From Halocafeteria seosinensis (Eukaryota): a stretch of DNA of 64,000 nt. A model generated the notes under the pieces. The model was not told the DNA's origin. It worked only from the letters and a program-made list of their open reading frames with translations, and did no database searches. Both the position numbers and the translations under genes were made by a program. The stretch's first letter is position 1. Every line of letters starts with the position of its first letter. Of the stretch, positions 1 through 13,322 are shown in pieces. The stretch lies in assembly GCA_001687465.1 (NCBI GenBank), contig LVLI01000409.1, positions 1 through 64,000 on the forward strand, read 5' to 3'.

Positions 1-10
1 CAAGCAAAAC

Positions 11-27
11 GGTGTTTCTTAAACACC
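11..27 (+). promoter_or_regulatory. Histone 3' stem-loop GGTGTT-TCTTA-AACACC of a gene lying upstream of the window (probably H2A)
   Basis: Identical to the hairpin after H2A at 3116-3132, and in the same position relative to the following convergent H4. Confidence 0.8.
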
Positions 28-474
28 ACCTTCCAACTTCATTTGCTTATTAAGTAGCGTTTTGTTCGAGGATAAAGATAATATAGATAAAATCCAGATG
101 TTGACGGTCAGCAATTAGCCATCCTTTCTTAGAAGGCTATCTTTTTAACACAGGCGATGCTCTGCAGCAGCAGTTGAGTTTCATGGTGGAAGTTCCATCA
201 GTTATTGTTACATTAGTTTTATTGAAAATACTACTGATTACACTGTTGTCGATTGCCTGGATTCGCATTGACCATAAGGACTTGTACAAGCTGAACTCAG
301 CGCCTGGCTCGGTGGTGCTGGGTATGTGTCCTAAGATCGTTTTCTACGACAGTTTGTGTTCTAACGTTGTTGTATCAGACTATCTCATTTCGATAGCCTC
401 AATGCCACCGGCAGATGAGCCTCACACGTCGAGCCCCGATTCTCGGCACTCAGATGGTTTTTAGTACAAAAGGT

Positions 475-491
475 GGTGTTTACAAAACACC
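475..491 (-). promoter_or_regulatory. Histone 3' stem-loop of H4 copy 1
   Basis: Minus strand reads AAAC GGTGTT TTGTA AACACC ACC, about 56 nt after the H4 stop. Confidence 0.85.
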
Positions 492-547
492 GTTTGTTTG
501 GGTCGGAAGGATTAAATACCAAATGAATATATTCATCCAAAGGTAAC

Positions 548-1599
<1,052 letters not shown>

Positions 1600-1634
1600 G
1601 CGCCCCAGCTATGTCAGGCTTTGGCAAAACAAAC

Positions 1635-1651
1635 GGTGTTTTATAAACACC
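1635..1651 (+). promoter_or_regulatory. Histone 3' stem-loop of H3 copy 1
   Basis: AAAC GGTGTT TTATA AACACC ACC, 35 nt after the stop. Confidence 0.85.
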
Positions 1652-1913
1652 ACCATTGACTTGTTCTGTACCTATACAACCTTTCAGTAGCGTTGATGCA
1701 CTCTTAAGCGAAATTGAAATCAGAACGTACGTGTCCACGCCAGCATCGACTACAATTTCTCTTTGACTCGGATGAGACTCTTTGTCATGAAAGTGCTACG
1801 TAACATTTATTCAATAGGCAAACTATGATAACTATTTATGGTTGATGGCAAATCATCGTTCTATTCAATATACCCAACAATCACAGCCTTCCCATTATTT
1901 GAATAGAAATGGT

Positions 1914-1930
1914 GGTGTTTAAAAAACACC
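1914..1930 (-). promoter_or_regulatory. Histone 3' stem-loop of H2B
   Basis: Minus strand reads AAAC GGTGTT TTTTA AACACC ACC, 42 nt after the stop. Confidence 0.85.
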
Positions 1931-1972
1931 GTTTGAATTGTAAGCTAACGACTGACGCTCGAGCATAGTACC

Positions 1973-2344
1973 TTAGGCAGAGGTAAACTTAGTCACAGCT
2001 TTGGTCCCCTCAGAAACAGCATGCTTGGCAAGTTCACCGGGGAGAACCAACCGAACAGAGGTCTGGACTTCTCGGCTGGAAAGAGTGGCCTTGCTGTTGT
2101 AACGGGCAAGGCGACCAGCTTCGTTGCACAGTCTCTCGAACACGTCGTTGATGAATGAGTTCATGATGCTCATGGCCTTCTTGGAGATACCAGTCTCAGG
2201 GTGGATCTGTTTCAGCACACGGTAGATGTACGTGGAGTACGTTTCTACTCGTTTCTTGCGGCTTCCGGTACTTTTCTTCTTTCCGGCAGCGGCTCCCTTC
2301 TTGCCAGCCTTGCTGGCGGCTTTTTTGGATGGTGTTTTCGCCAT
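1973..2344 (-). CDS. H2B: Histone H2B, intronless
   Basis: [26 protein letters not shown]...[17 protein letters not shown]. Confidence 0.99.
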   Translation of the reverse strand: MAKTPSKKAASKAGKKGAAAGKKKSTGSRKKRVETYSTYIYRVLKQIHPETGISKKAMSIMNSFINDVFERLCNEAGRLARYNSKATLSSREVQTSVRLVLPGELAKHAVSEGTKAVTKFTSA

Positions 2345-2688
2345 TTTGTTGGTGTTTGTGTCGCAAACAAAACTTGAATTGAATCACTTTGTAAAAGCAA
2401 ATTACTTCTTCAGTTTCAATACTCTAAATATTCTAATTGCTGTGTTCGCTGATGGACACTTCGTGGCATTTTTTCTGACATTGGGCGCGGTTCGGATGTC
2501 CCAGTTGGGGCATTGTGGTGAAGGTTGCTTCAACTGCTACAGCCACGTTGAACCCTGCACACAAGATCCAGGAATCGGCAGCCATGATCTATTCAGTTAA
2601 TATATGACAAAGAGTATTGAACAGAACGTAAGAGTTCCTTTCGCTTTATTTCACTTATTTTTTCTACTAAAGAAAACACGTAATCAAT
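2345..2688. promoter_or_regulatory. Bidirectional H2B/H2A promoter, containing CATCCGAACCG on the minus strand at 2488-2498
   Basis: Lies between divergent start codons; 10/11 match to the H4/H3 motif. Confidence 0.6.
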
Positions 2689-3078
2689 ATGTCTGGTAAA
2701 GGCAAAGGTGGCCGCGGCAAAGGCAAAACCTCCAAAGGGAGCGGGAGCACCCGTAGCGCTAAGGCAGGACTTCAATTCCCTGTCGGACGTGTTGCCCGTT
2801 ACATCCGTAAGATGAGAATCGCTTCTCGTGTAGGTGCTGGAGCCCCTGTCTACATGGCAGCAGTATTGGAATACTTGGCTGCTGAGATTCTCGAGCTCGC
2901 TGGGAACGCTGCTCGTGACAACAAGAAGACCCGTATCATCCCTCGACACATCCAATTGGCTGTCCGAAATGACGAAGAGTTGAACAAATTGTTGAGTGGG
3001 GTAACAATTGCCAGTGGTGGCGTTCTTCCGAACATCCACGCTGTATTGCTCCCCAAGAAGAAACAAGGCAAGAAGTAA
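2689..3078 (+). CDS. H2A: Histone H2A, intronless, no H2A.X SQ motif
   Basis: AGLQFPVGR...[31 protein letters not shown]. Confidence 0.99.
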   Translation: MSGKGKGGRGKGKTSKGSGSTRSAKAGLQFPVGRVARYIRKMRIASRVGAGAPVYMAAVLEYLAAEILELAGNAARDNKKTRIIPRHIQLAVRNDEELNKLLSGVTIASGGVLPNIHAVLLPKKKQGKK

Positions 3079-3115
3079 TTTCCTCGCCTCAACGCTTCTC
3101 GGACCCCCGAAAACC

Positions 3116-3132
3116 GGTGTTTCTTAAACACC
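3116..3132 (+). promoter_or_regulatory. Histone 3' stem-loop of H2A
   Basis: AACC GGTGTT TCTTA AACACC ACC, 37 nt after the stop. Confidence 0.85.
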
Positions 3133-3617
3133 ACCTTTCATTTTAATTAAGGCTTTCAAATTCACTTGCTGTTGTTCCAATGAAAGACATGGCCGATGAA
3201 TAGTTGGAGTAGATGAGTACTTCGAAGCTTAAACACTGTAATTTGGAGGCAGTAATTTTTATGGTAACGTTCCTGAAGGAGATACCGCGGTATCGTCCAC
3301 TTAAGTCCATGTTGAAGGTATCCGTAGTTGCGAAGTGACGAAGCATTTGTTTTTTTTTTTTGACTCGTTTATCGCTTTGGTGTTTATCGGCTACATGCGA
3401 CTATTGCTAACAGCGAGTGCCGGTACAGTAAGCTACTCGGGCTAACCAACTACTCAGAACCGCACCAGCTAAGACTCGTAAGTTCTGATCTAGCCGAATT
3501 CTCTCCCTTAGTTGCTACGAAAACACCCGCCCTTCATATTTCAACTTCGCGTGTCGCATAAGTTGCATACCACTATCACTGTCGGACCTCAAGGGAACTG
3601 ACTACAAAAACCTTGGT

Positions 3618-3634
3618 GGTGTTTACAAAACACC
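3618..3634 (-). promoter_or_regulatory. Histone 3' stem-loop of H4 copy 2
   Basis: Same hairpin as 475-491. Confidence 0.85.
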
Positions 3635-3690
3635 GTTTGTTTGGATCGGAAGGATTAAATACCAAATGAATATATCCATTCACAGGTAAC

Positions 3691-4062
<372 letters not shown>

Positions 4063-4289
4063 TCAGTTTCTTTAATGATTAATAAATGAGGTAAGGGATG
4101 CTCGTGTGGCTGTTTGAGGATTTCAAGCGGAAAACGAAGTGTGTCCCCATCCGAAACGACGCCTTTGTGCGCACCTGATCACATATATCCACTTTGACAA
4201 CTGTGGCTCAAACGAGGAAGAATATTCGATCACAACAATTTATGATTGTGCAAGAGTTGAAAGAGATTACCAACCTTTCAAAAGTTTAA

Positions 4290-4742
<453 letters not shown>

Positions 4743-4777
4743 GCGCCCCAGCAATGTCAGGCTTTGGCAAAACAAAC

Positions 4778-4794
4778 GGTGTTTTATAAACACC
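4778..4794 (+). promoter_or_regulatory. Histone 3' stem-loop of H3 copy 2
   Basis: Same hairpin as 1635-1651. Confidence 0.85.
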
Positions 4795-5042
4795 ACCATT
4801 GTGGCCTTGAACATGGCAGTTTACCTCTTTCGAATAGTTGGAAGTGGATTGTATCTCCATTCCAATCGCAGAACAGTCTAGAAACTTCTAAGTTAGGAGC
4901 CGCAGTCGACTGCCAGTCGTGCTGGTTTGAATGATTCTGTGCTTGTCGGTCCTCAACTCCACCAGAGATAGCAAAGATAGAAATCCTCGGCAAGGAGCAC
5001 AGGAAACGCAATGAAATTTTGAAAATTTCTGAACAACGCTAA

Positions 5043-5223
5043 TTAAGTATAGAGGAATTCACGAAAGTTGATTTGAGTACTGAACGGCTTTAACAACCCT
5101 TACATCATCGATAATAGTCTTCTGTCTATGGTTAAGTATAGAGGAATTCACGAAAGTTGATTTGAGTACTGAACGGCTTTAACAACCCTTACATCATCGA
5201 TAATAGTCTTCTTCTGTCTATGG
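5043..5223. repeat. Tandem duplication: 89 bp (5043-5131) plus 92 bp (5132-5223)
   Basis: TTAAGTATAGAGGAATTCACG...GTCTATGG occurs twice head to tail; the second copy has one extra CTT. Confidence 0.95.
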
Positions 5224-5442
5224 TTGAGCGAACGGTTCTGCCATTGGCGTTGTGACACGCGGCAAGCTGCGCGTAGTAATCAATACCGGTAATAGTTGAC
5301 AAGTTGTTGCGGAACTTCACAAAGTTGAATCACAACGATGTAAAACGAATTCAACAGTAGGCCAGTGCCTCATAGGGGATCTGAGTAACGATTAGTAGTC
5401 AGAACAAGGGAGAGAGGGTCATATTTGTTCGTGCGCTTGGCA

Positions 5443-8400
5443 ATGATCTATCACTACCCACTTCTGCGGGTAGTGCGCGGTCTAAGCGGTATGAAGAGCT
5501 TCCCAAGTGTTCGCAATCCATGTCTCACTCACTTGCCGCCTCGCATACGATGGTATGCTCCCCTGAAAGCTTACTCTACCGGTCAAGGATCCTCCTATTG
5601 GCTTACTCCGGAGCGCCCAAGTGCAGATAGAATCGTGTCGGCACGTCAGGACAACTCTTGGGAAGACCCCTTTCAGACAGGTTTCTTCACACATCCTGCG
5701 CACGCAGAGAAGCGAATGGTGAAGAGGCATAAGGAGTTAGGAGCATTCTCTAGCAGATATGATCGGTCTGTTATCTACGCAATTCGTGGAGCTGGTTCTG
5801 TCGATAACGTCCTCGATATTCTGGAACTAGCCACCAGCTCCAGCAGTCTCAGTGTCATTGTTTACGAGGAGGCACTACGTAGCGCAGCATGGTTCGGTTC
5901 CCGAAGAGACGGAGCAGCAGAAAGTGGCTTTTCCTCTGAGAAGGATATTGCCATGCAAAAGATGCTGAAACGTCTTAATGATGCGCTTCGAAACCCGTCC
6001 GAGAACGTCCATCCCGGTAGGCTGTGGGGAATCGTCAGAGCAGCCGGCATGCTTAGAGACCGGTACACGAAGTACTCAAATAATGCTCTCATTCGAAGAA
6101 TTATAGAGAGTTCTATTGGACTACTTTTAAGTGAGGAGTACAGCACAGCTATGACCGACGTCACGACAGCAACCCATTCCTGGACTCGCTCGCTCCATGA
6201 TTTGGCTGTGAGCGGCATCGATAATCCAGCCGTAATCGAAAGGCTTCTGGAAAAACTAATGACAACTGAGAATTGCATGTTCGATGACGAAAGGATGGGT
6301 CGCTCGCTAGCGCAGAGTATTCGCTTACTGTTCCGGCAGCCAGATTTGTTTGAAAGCCTTCCAGGACCGCAAGGAGCTCACGGTATTGGTAACATGGCTG
6401 ATCACATAAATTTCGGTTTCCCACCCACTTGTCTGTGGGATCAAACGGTTTGGAGTGGAAAAGAAAGGCTACCTGCTTTAGGTTGCAAAGGTATACCTAT
6501 AAGTCGCTTGAAGCGATTCACATTGTCTTTGTTGGAACAGTTCAACGCTGCTTGTCAACGAGACGCTGTCGGTCTACGATGGCTGCAGGAGATTCTTCAA
6601 ATGCAAAGGGTTATCTCGACAAGTTGTGCAGACAACGATGTCTGCCATGCAAACAAGGGTTTGCTTATCGAATGCTTTCATCGCTTGCTGAGATATCTGC
6701 GAAATGAAGGAATTGTCACGAATGAACTGAGGAGAGTTTCTGGTGCTTTAAGGGTTGCGGTCCAAAGCAGAGCTTCGATAATTCTGGAAATGAATCTTCC
6801 TAGCTCTTTTTTGTCGGCAATTCAGAAACATTTATTTGACACGTACTGGAATAACGTTTATAGCACTCAGCTCAAGAGAGCAACGTTAGACGTGCTAAGC
6901 TACGTTGCTGAAGCGACCTACTTGTGCAAGTCCGCTTTGCCGTTCAACACGTTGCTAAGTAGGTGTCGCAATTTGAATTCAAAATTATCAGCAGATAATA
7001 AAAATCTTGAAGCTCTCTCGTATCTTGCTGTAACATGGACGGATATGACAGTTATGGGAGCAAGCTCGCAAGGCTCTAATGCTGCCTCACAGCTTCAACA
7101 GCTAGGTAAAGATATTAGTGACAAACTGCTACACTTGCCTGCAAGCAACGTGCATGACGAGCATCGGATGTGGAAGCTACTTTTGAACATGTCAATATGT
7201 GGGAGGTTGACACAAGTCGCTACTCCCGTGTCACAGTTGCTTAGTTGTGAACCGGTATATTTTCGTTTTCAGGAGTATGCTGGGAAATTGAACGACGTGC
7301 TAAAAGATTATCTTCTGGAACTACAGCAAGAGGAGAAAAACGCTATCTCATTCTCCCAGGCGGCTTATGCCTTGCCCGGCATTCATTCCGAACGGATGAG
7401 ACCTTCACCATCCTTAAGCCATCTTCAAAACATCAGCACCGTCATGGTTGCAGTAAGTGCTCTCCACTCATTTTCGGAATATACCTTCGAACACAGGTCT
7501 AGCCGGTTTCATGGACCTACGGAAACACTACTTCGGCTACCAAGACGAAAGCTGCTACACATTATGGATTTAATGGATTCTCATACATTTTCTAACTTCC
7601 TATTGACATCCCCGGAATTGGGAAATGCCTGCCGGGTTTCGGGAAGGCATCGACGATTCTTAGAGGCACATCATCAGTCTTTGGGCGAGAGTTGCCTGCA
7701 TCTGAGCTATACACCTCATGCAAATCTGAAGAGCAACTGCTGGTATATTATCAAGTGTTTGAAAGATGTAGATCCAATTAGTACTGCGGAGTTTCGTTTG
7801 CACAATTCTTTCCTTTGCGGCTTGGTTGCGTGCAGCAGAATTGCGCTAACATCCGTCGGCACATCTTCGCGGATTTTTATGGAATATTATGAACCGATTT
7901 CAAAGGCACTGAGGTACAACACTTCACTGATGACCAACCAAGGGAGCGAAATTCTGCTTGCTAAACGGGAGGTAACTATCACGCAGCTCCTGGTATCTTT
8001 GCAAGTGATGGAAGAGCTTCTTCAATTGCCACAACCGCCAGACGACCCCCAAATCCGGAGATGTGTCACTACTGAATTGTTACCCCTTGTTCTGCGCTGC
8101 CTTTTTCATATCAATGATGAGTCACGGAAAACCGAGTCTCTACACGGTTCGTGGAGAACCAACAAGAGTTATGGAGCCCGCTCGTTTTCTACCTACGCTA
8201 AACAGCAGATCAAGCTCAAGAAACCTGGTAGCACTGAAAACCAGAGAATTAAACTACGAGAGCAGGTCGGAGCGCCAGCAGCGGAACTGTTCGACGAACC
8301 GACGGAAACAATAGAGCATCTTGAAGACGCCGCAACGCAGTACGAAGAGCGTCGCATTGATGGCATTTGGGATGAACTGGGAAACCAATCCCAGCATAAC

Positions 8401-8970
8401 TTGGATGAGAGTGACCAAGAACTTGATGATCTTGAGTTGATATTTAAGGAGCGAGCTCAAGAACTGGAAGATAGCGATGGGTTTGTTAAGTATGTTTCTA
8501 GCACTACCGCCAGAATCGACAGAGCTGTCACCTGGATTCCATCCCTACTAAATTATGACAAACCTTCAGACCGCATGCTTGCGCTCGCTTGTATATGTGC
8601 GCAAATTTGCAAAATTCAAACAATTTTACAGCAGGGAGGTGGCATTATGGACATTCCACCTGATACTGCTCCAATTGCACAAGAATGCTCAAGGGCCCTT
8701 GTGGCATCTGCAAGGGCAGCGTTTCAAGCTATTGAAAATTCATGGAAAGAGGAGAAAAGTTTGCATTCTGCAGCGCAAAATACTCTCTGGGCGTTGAAGG
8801 TAAACTACCCGTCTCATCCGGTTACGCAAGAAGGATCTATCTTGTTTGGTGACCCTGTCGCAATGCAGCAACCTATCCAGGTCCACTACTCCAACCTGCC
8901 ATCCCCCCCCAGGGAATTCGATGTCAAGCCCTGGCTTAAGCTGGCGCTGAGCGTGCTGCAGGGAAATTAA
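5443..8970 (+). CDS. Large intronless protein of unknown function (about 1175 aa), helical, possibly mitochondrion-targeted
   Basis: 3.5-kb uninterrupted ORF. The first ATG is at 5443 and the N-terminus is Arg/Leu/Ser-rich and lacks acidic residues. No family recognised. Confidence 0.75.
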   Translation: MIYHYPLLRVVRGLSGMKSFPSVRNPCLTHLPPRIRWYAPLKAYSTGQGSSYWLTPERPSADRIVSARQDNSWEDPFQTGFFTHPAHAEKRMVKRHKELGAFSSRYDRSVIYAIRGAGSVDNVLDILELATSSSSLSVIVYEEALRSAAWFGSRRDGAAESGFSSEKDIAMQKMLKRLNDALRNPSENVHPGRLWGIVRAAGMLRDRYTKYSNNALIRRIIESSIGLLLSEEYSTAMTDVTTATHSWTRSLHDLAVSGIDNPAVIERLLEKLMTTENCMFDDERMGRSLAQSIRLLFRQPDLFESLPGPQGAHGIGNMADHINFGFPPTCLWDQTVWSGKERLPALGCKGIPISRLKRFTLSLLEQFNAACQRDAVGLRWLQEILQMQRVISTSCADNDVCHANKGLLIECFHRLLRYLRNEGIVTNELRRVSGALRVAVQSRASIILEMNLPSSFLSAIQKHLFDTYWNNVYSTQLKRATLDVLSYVAEATYLCKSALPFNTLLSRCRNLNSKLSADNKNLEALSYLAVTWTDMTVMGASSQGSNAASQLQQLGKDISDKLLHLPASNVHDEHRMWKLLLNMSICGRLTQVATPVSQLLSCEPVYFRFQEYAGKLNDVLKDYLLELQQEEKNAISFSQAAYALPGIHSERMRPSPSLSHLQNISTVMVAVSALHSFSEYTFEHRSSRFHGPTETLLRLPRRKLLHIMDLMDSHTFSNFLLTSPELGNACRVSGRHRRFLEAHHQSLGESCLHLSYTPHANLKSNCWYIIKCLKDVDPISTAEFRLHNSFLCGLVACSRIALTSVGTSSRIFMEYYEPISKALRYNTSLMTNQGSEILLAKREVTITQLLVSLQVMEELLQLPQPPDDPQIRRCVTTELLPLVLRCLFHINDESRKTESLHGSWRTNKSYGARSFSTYAKQQIKLKKPGSTENQRIKLREQVGAPAAELFDEPTETIEHLEDAATQYEERRIDGIWDELGNQSQHNLDESDQELDDLELIFKERAQELEDSDGFVKYVSSTTARIDRAVTWIPSLLNYDKPSDRMLALACICAQICKIQTILQQGGGIMDIPPDTAPIAQECSRALVASARAAFQAIENSWKEEKSLHSAAQNTLWALKVNYPSHPVTQEGSILFGDPVAMQQPIQVHYSNLPSPPREFDVKPWLKLALSVLQGN

Positions 8971-9831
8971 GAAATGAATGCTCTCTTGGATCACCAATGA
9001 CTTTTTTCGTGGTGACCGTGCTTGATTGCATGTCAAATGGACTTTGCTGGGTCTTGGAGATACTTGGAAACGAACTTAGTTTTTGTGGTACTATGAGGTC
9101 CTTCGTTAAATTCACCTTTTTGAGGTTATATAGAAAACAATCAGGAACGAGAAAAATGGTGAAGCAGTGGTTTCATCGCTTTGGTGCTGAATACGCAGTT
9201 GCACCCAGACTGTTTCATAACGCTTTTTGACTGCGTTCTGACTCAAAGTGGCGACGTGGTTTGAGTTTGAGATCAATGACTTAAACATCCTTCTTGCGCA
9301 GAAGGATATTCACGTACCTTTTGTTTTGTGTTTGTTTCTTGGTTCAATAGAAAATACTTAGTTCCGTGGGGAACGGCGCGGAAGTAGACGATTTCCATGA
9401 TACAACGGAACTGGACCCGGGGAAGCATCACACACCTGCGGAAGCCCTTTTCAAGATGGCAACACTGACCGAAGAAACGCTTATGTGCAGTCAGCAAAAC
9501 TGATACCAGATCTTAAGTTCGAAAAATACGTTCCTTATCCCATACAACGATTTTCTCTGTTCAAGGAGACTTATGAGATGCTTATGCTTGCTGAGAGTTG
9601 AGAAGTTACGAGAGAACATTCTACGGTTTTTGTTTCACCGCAGCAGAGGACACATTTGAAAGGTAAGTGATGGGCACTGTTTGGTTCCGCCTACTTTCAA
9701 CACGCTTAAGAGAAAGCTACTTGAAGAGGACTGCCGTCTTGCCTGTTGGGCAGACAATGTCCGAGAATTTAGGGGTGTCTAATACGATGATGATAAAGAG
9801 TTAAATTCCCGGGTCGTCAATGTGTTCCAGA

Positions 9832-11338
9832 CTATCTACCCAACACAGCATACAGATAGGAATTCCCGCAGCATGTCTCCGAAGTTTCTACGGTTGACTG
9901 GACAAACGTTGACGCCATATGAAATGGGTTTTGTTGGGGGTTGAGAACAAACTTCGCCCGCAACAGTTTCTGCATCACTATGAGCTCACCCTTGAGGTCC
10001 TCGGAATAGTTAACAGAGGTGAAGAAGCATAACAGGCGTTTGTCTAGCAGCATCCTAAGAGAGGGAAGCCAGGAGTTTCGCATCTCGATGTTCCGATTGC
10101 CAAACCCACAGTTGTACCCAATGCATACACAGTTCGACTGTTTCAACTGAGCATTGCGCCTTAGGAAACCCTCTACGTGTCCTCTAAACGATATTGCCCG
10201 TATTTCCGGAAGCCAACCTTCATGTGCCGCTATTTGGTAGTCTGGTTTTTCTCTTATTTCAGGGCCAACAAAGAGAAGCATTATTTGGGAATAGCCCACT
10301 TTGCGGCCAAGAGGCTGCAGAGCGTACTGCAATTCTTCATAGGAGTTCGAACGCTCAAACAACCTCTGTTCAGCTTTATGACTTGCCCCGGCTATCAGAA
10401 CATGGAAAGTGGGGCCCTTTTGAAAGCAGTCCATTACGTCGGGTGGTAAAGCGTACAGTGAAAATGCCAGAGTCAACTGCAGACGCACCAACAATGTCGA
10501 ACGAACGTCACTGAGACAATGTTACATGATTTTGCTCACGTACCGGAAATGACAGTGCGTCTAGAAGTGCCGGATGAAACTGGACATGTTTTGCTTGACT
10601 AACTTTGACACACCGATTCATGTCGCTTTGGACAGTGGTTGACGCATCTACCTTTGGGAGACGTACATTTAACCAAGACGCCCAGCCTGCGCCCTCGCTT
10701 TGAGTCCTCATCATTTGCTGGTAGAACATTAAGGCAGTTTGCGCTTCTTTCTCGCTCTCAATCTTAGGTACTCTCGGAAACTGGAAATCCATTTTCCAAC
10801 GCAGCGTTCCCGAAACGTCCGTATTCTCAACACAATCAACGTCCATGTCTTGCTCCACGGTTGCCTCACTCGAAGTGGAAATCGATGTTTGCTGACGCTT
10901 TCCGCTCTTACCTTCCTTGCGCTTACCACAGCCTGAGTCTCTCGATTTTCTATTTTCTTGAGACTGCCGTGGGTCTTTACTCCTCTGTGAAGCATTCTCC
11001 TTTTGCGAGCTCCTCTGTTCGCAGCCTATCGAAGCGCCGGTAACTCCACCTTCCGAGCACGCGGGCGCAGACACGGCTTCCATAGTTCGTACTTCTGTAC
11101 TCTGTGTATCAGTTGCGCCTTGCGGTGCATTGCTGGTTTCGGGGTGTCGAGATTCCCTCACCATTGAAGCTGGTATACACGCCGTCTTGCCGCTGTGGAG
11201 CTGTACTTTGGCGAGCTGACTGCCGAGCCACTCAAGCACTCTCTCATACTCAATGGTACCTCCGTTCCTTCCTGCTGTTCCTTTTTGACCAATGGATACT
11301 GTCTCAGAGATACAAGTGCATGCCTGAGAAGCAGCCAT
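9832..11338 (-). CDS. MSS51-C-terminal-domain-like protein, 2 exons (intron 10477-10543)
   Basis: Splicing GT..CAG joins DALSFP to LTLAFSL. Downstream HVLIAGAS, LLFVGPE, YNCGFG and SWLPSL...FFTS motifs resemble the MSS51 family. Confidence 0.6.
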
Positions 11339-11794
11339 GGTTTGGACTTGATGGCTTCCTGTTTGAAACTCTAACTAACTCGAATACGCAACAACGAAGG
11401 AACGAGTGGTCAATTTTGGAGCTATGATGAAAATTACCGTACGCGTTTTCATCAAAACAAATCGATGAGGTGTATGCATCTGTACCAGAAGTTCTTTAGA
11501 AGGGGAGAACGATTTCCTCAATTGACAGATGTCGATGACAATCCACCACGGCCGGGGATATTTCTTTCGCCATCCGCGATCCGAGCTCAAAGAGTACGAC
11601 GTCACGACGCACACACAATATTTTCAGATAAATTTGTATGAAAGTATGGAGCTCACTATCATAGAAAAAACGAGTCGTTGAACATTAATTGATTAGCAAG
11701 TACGTACCACTGGCCGTTTCCCATTCTCACCATCGAGCATTGGTAATTTGGTACTGTAATTCCCAAATTATGTCGTAAAGCAACATATCTACGA

Positions 11795-13322
11795 CTACGT
11801 AGCTGTTCGTCGGGTTTCTTCACCCAGAAGGTCTTCCAGCAACTGGTCACTCATGCCTTGTAGTGAGTCCGTCAGCTCTGTCGACGCGGGAGCACTTGCA
11901 GCTGAAGCACCAGCAGAGGCTTTCTTGGAACTGGATGATGCCGCGTTGAACCCGACTTTATTTGCAGAAGAGTGGACATTTGACTTCGAAGACTTTTTGG
12001 TAGATTTTGCCAGTTCCTTACTCAATTCCTCGTAGGTAGGCTCTTTTGGCAAATGTTTCTTGGCTCTTCCGAACGCCGTGCTCTCGAACGAAGGAGATTG
12101 ACTCTGAACAAATTTGTTCAATGCTGGGCTCTCCTCCTTTTGTTTTCGCTTCTCCTCGGTAGTCATTTCTCTAGATTTCTTAGCTGCAGAAATACGGAGC
12201 ATCTCCTTTTCCGCTGCTCGATTTGCGGCTTCATCTTTCTCGGCCCTATCTTTATTGTTTTTATCGATAGCACTTCTACATGCTTCTTGAGACTTTCTCA
12301 GTCCTAATGTCAATCCATGATTTTCACCCAAGTATGTATCCGCCAGCTCGGCTCCTCTTGTATAGGCCTTCATTGCTTGGGTGAATTTCCGCAAGAACTC
12401 ATTTTCCACGCCGATATTGTGATACGCTATTACCATCGTCGCGATTTGATCGGCTCTCAACGAATGAGTCACTGCGCCTCCTGGTCCATCTCCTTTGAAC
12501 AGCGTTGCCTGAAGTATCTTTAGTGCAGAATTAGCATGCTTCAACGCTGCTTTGTGGCGACCGCACTGGGACAATACTGCGCACATGTTGATATATGTAT
12601 CCGCGGGGTACAATACTTCTTTGGCCGGTAGCTTTTGCTCTATAGCGAGTGCCTTCTTCATATAACGCAAAGCAGAATGTAGACGTCCCTGCCGACGGAA
12701 CAAACCCGCGTAGTTATTATAGGTCCATGCTTTTCCGGGAAGATCAGCTTGGCCGAGAATTTCTGCTCGCTGAAGCAAATTGTGGGCCAAGCCAAATTCC
12801 TCTGTAGTAAGGAAAGCATAATGTCATAGCCACGATAGAGTAAGCTTTCGTAAGATTTTTTGCATGATCCAGCATACCTTTATGAAGACATCTCACTGCC
12901 AACTTATTGCAGTCCCGACCTAAAGTTTTACATGCTTCTTTCACCTGCGGAACTCGTCATTAAGGCTTGATGCATTGCTTCTTGCCAATCCTGTTCGTAC
13001 AGCCAGCCACACGTACCCTTACTGAATTGGGTCCATATAATTCGTGGCGAATGACCAAAGCTTTCTCGGAGAGACTAACAGCTTCAAAGAATTGCTCCTG
13101 TCAAAAATGTAAGAGAAACACGGCTCACCAGAAGGGCTATGCAACGTAATTGTCTTCTTGCTCACCAGTTCTTTCGCCTTCAGTATTTCGGTATCCAGAT
13201 AGTGCAACGCACTGCTTAGTTCGCTTCTCTGCACATTCATACAAGTGAGAAATAATGTATACTGCCACATTTCCTAAGTCAATATATATACCCACAGGAC
13301 GGTCCCTTAGCGATGTAGCCAT
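11795..13322 (-). CDS. TPR-repeat protein with a charged C-terminal tail, multi-exon
   Basis: TPR-like helices TYNNYAGLFRRQGRLHSAL, DTYINMCAVLSQCGRH and IAYHNIGVENEFL. Confidence 0.75.

Noticed and set aside
9000..9830. Possible small gene between the large orphan ORF and the MSS51-like gene
   Set aside because: Only short interrupted frames are present, and no coherent spliced model or recognisable motif could be built.
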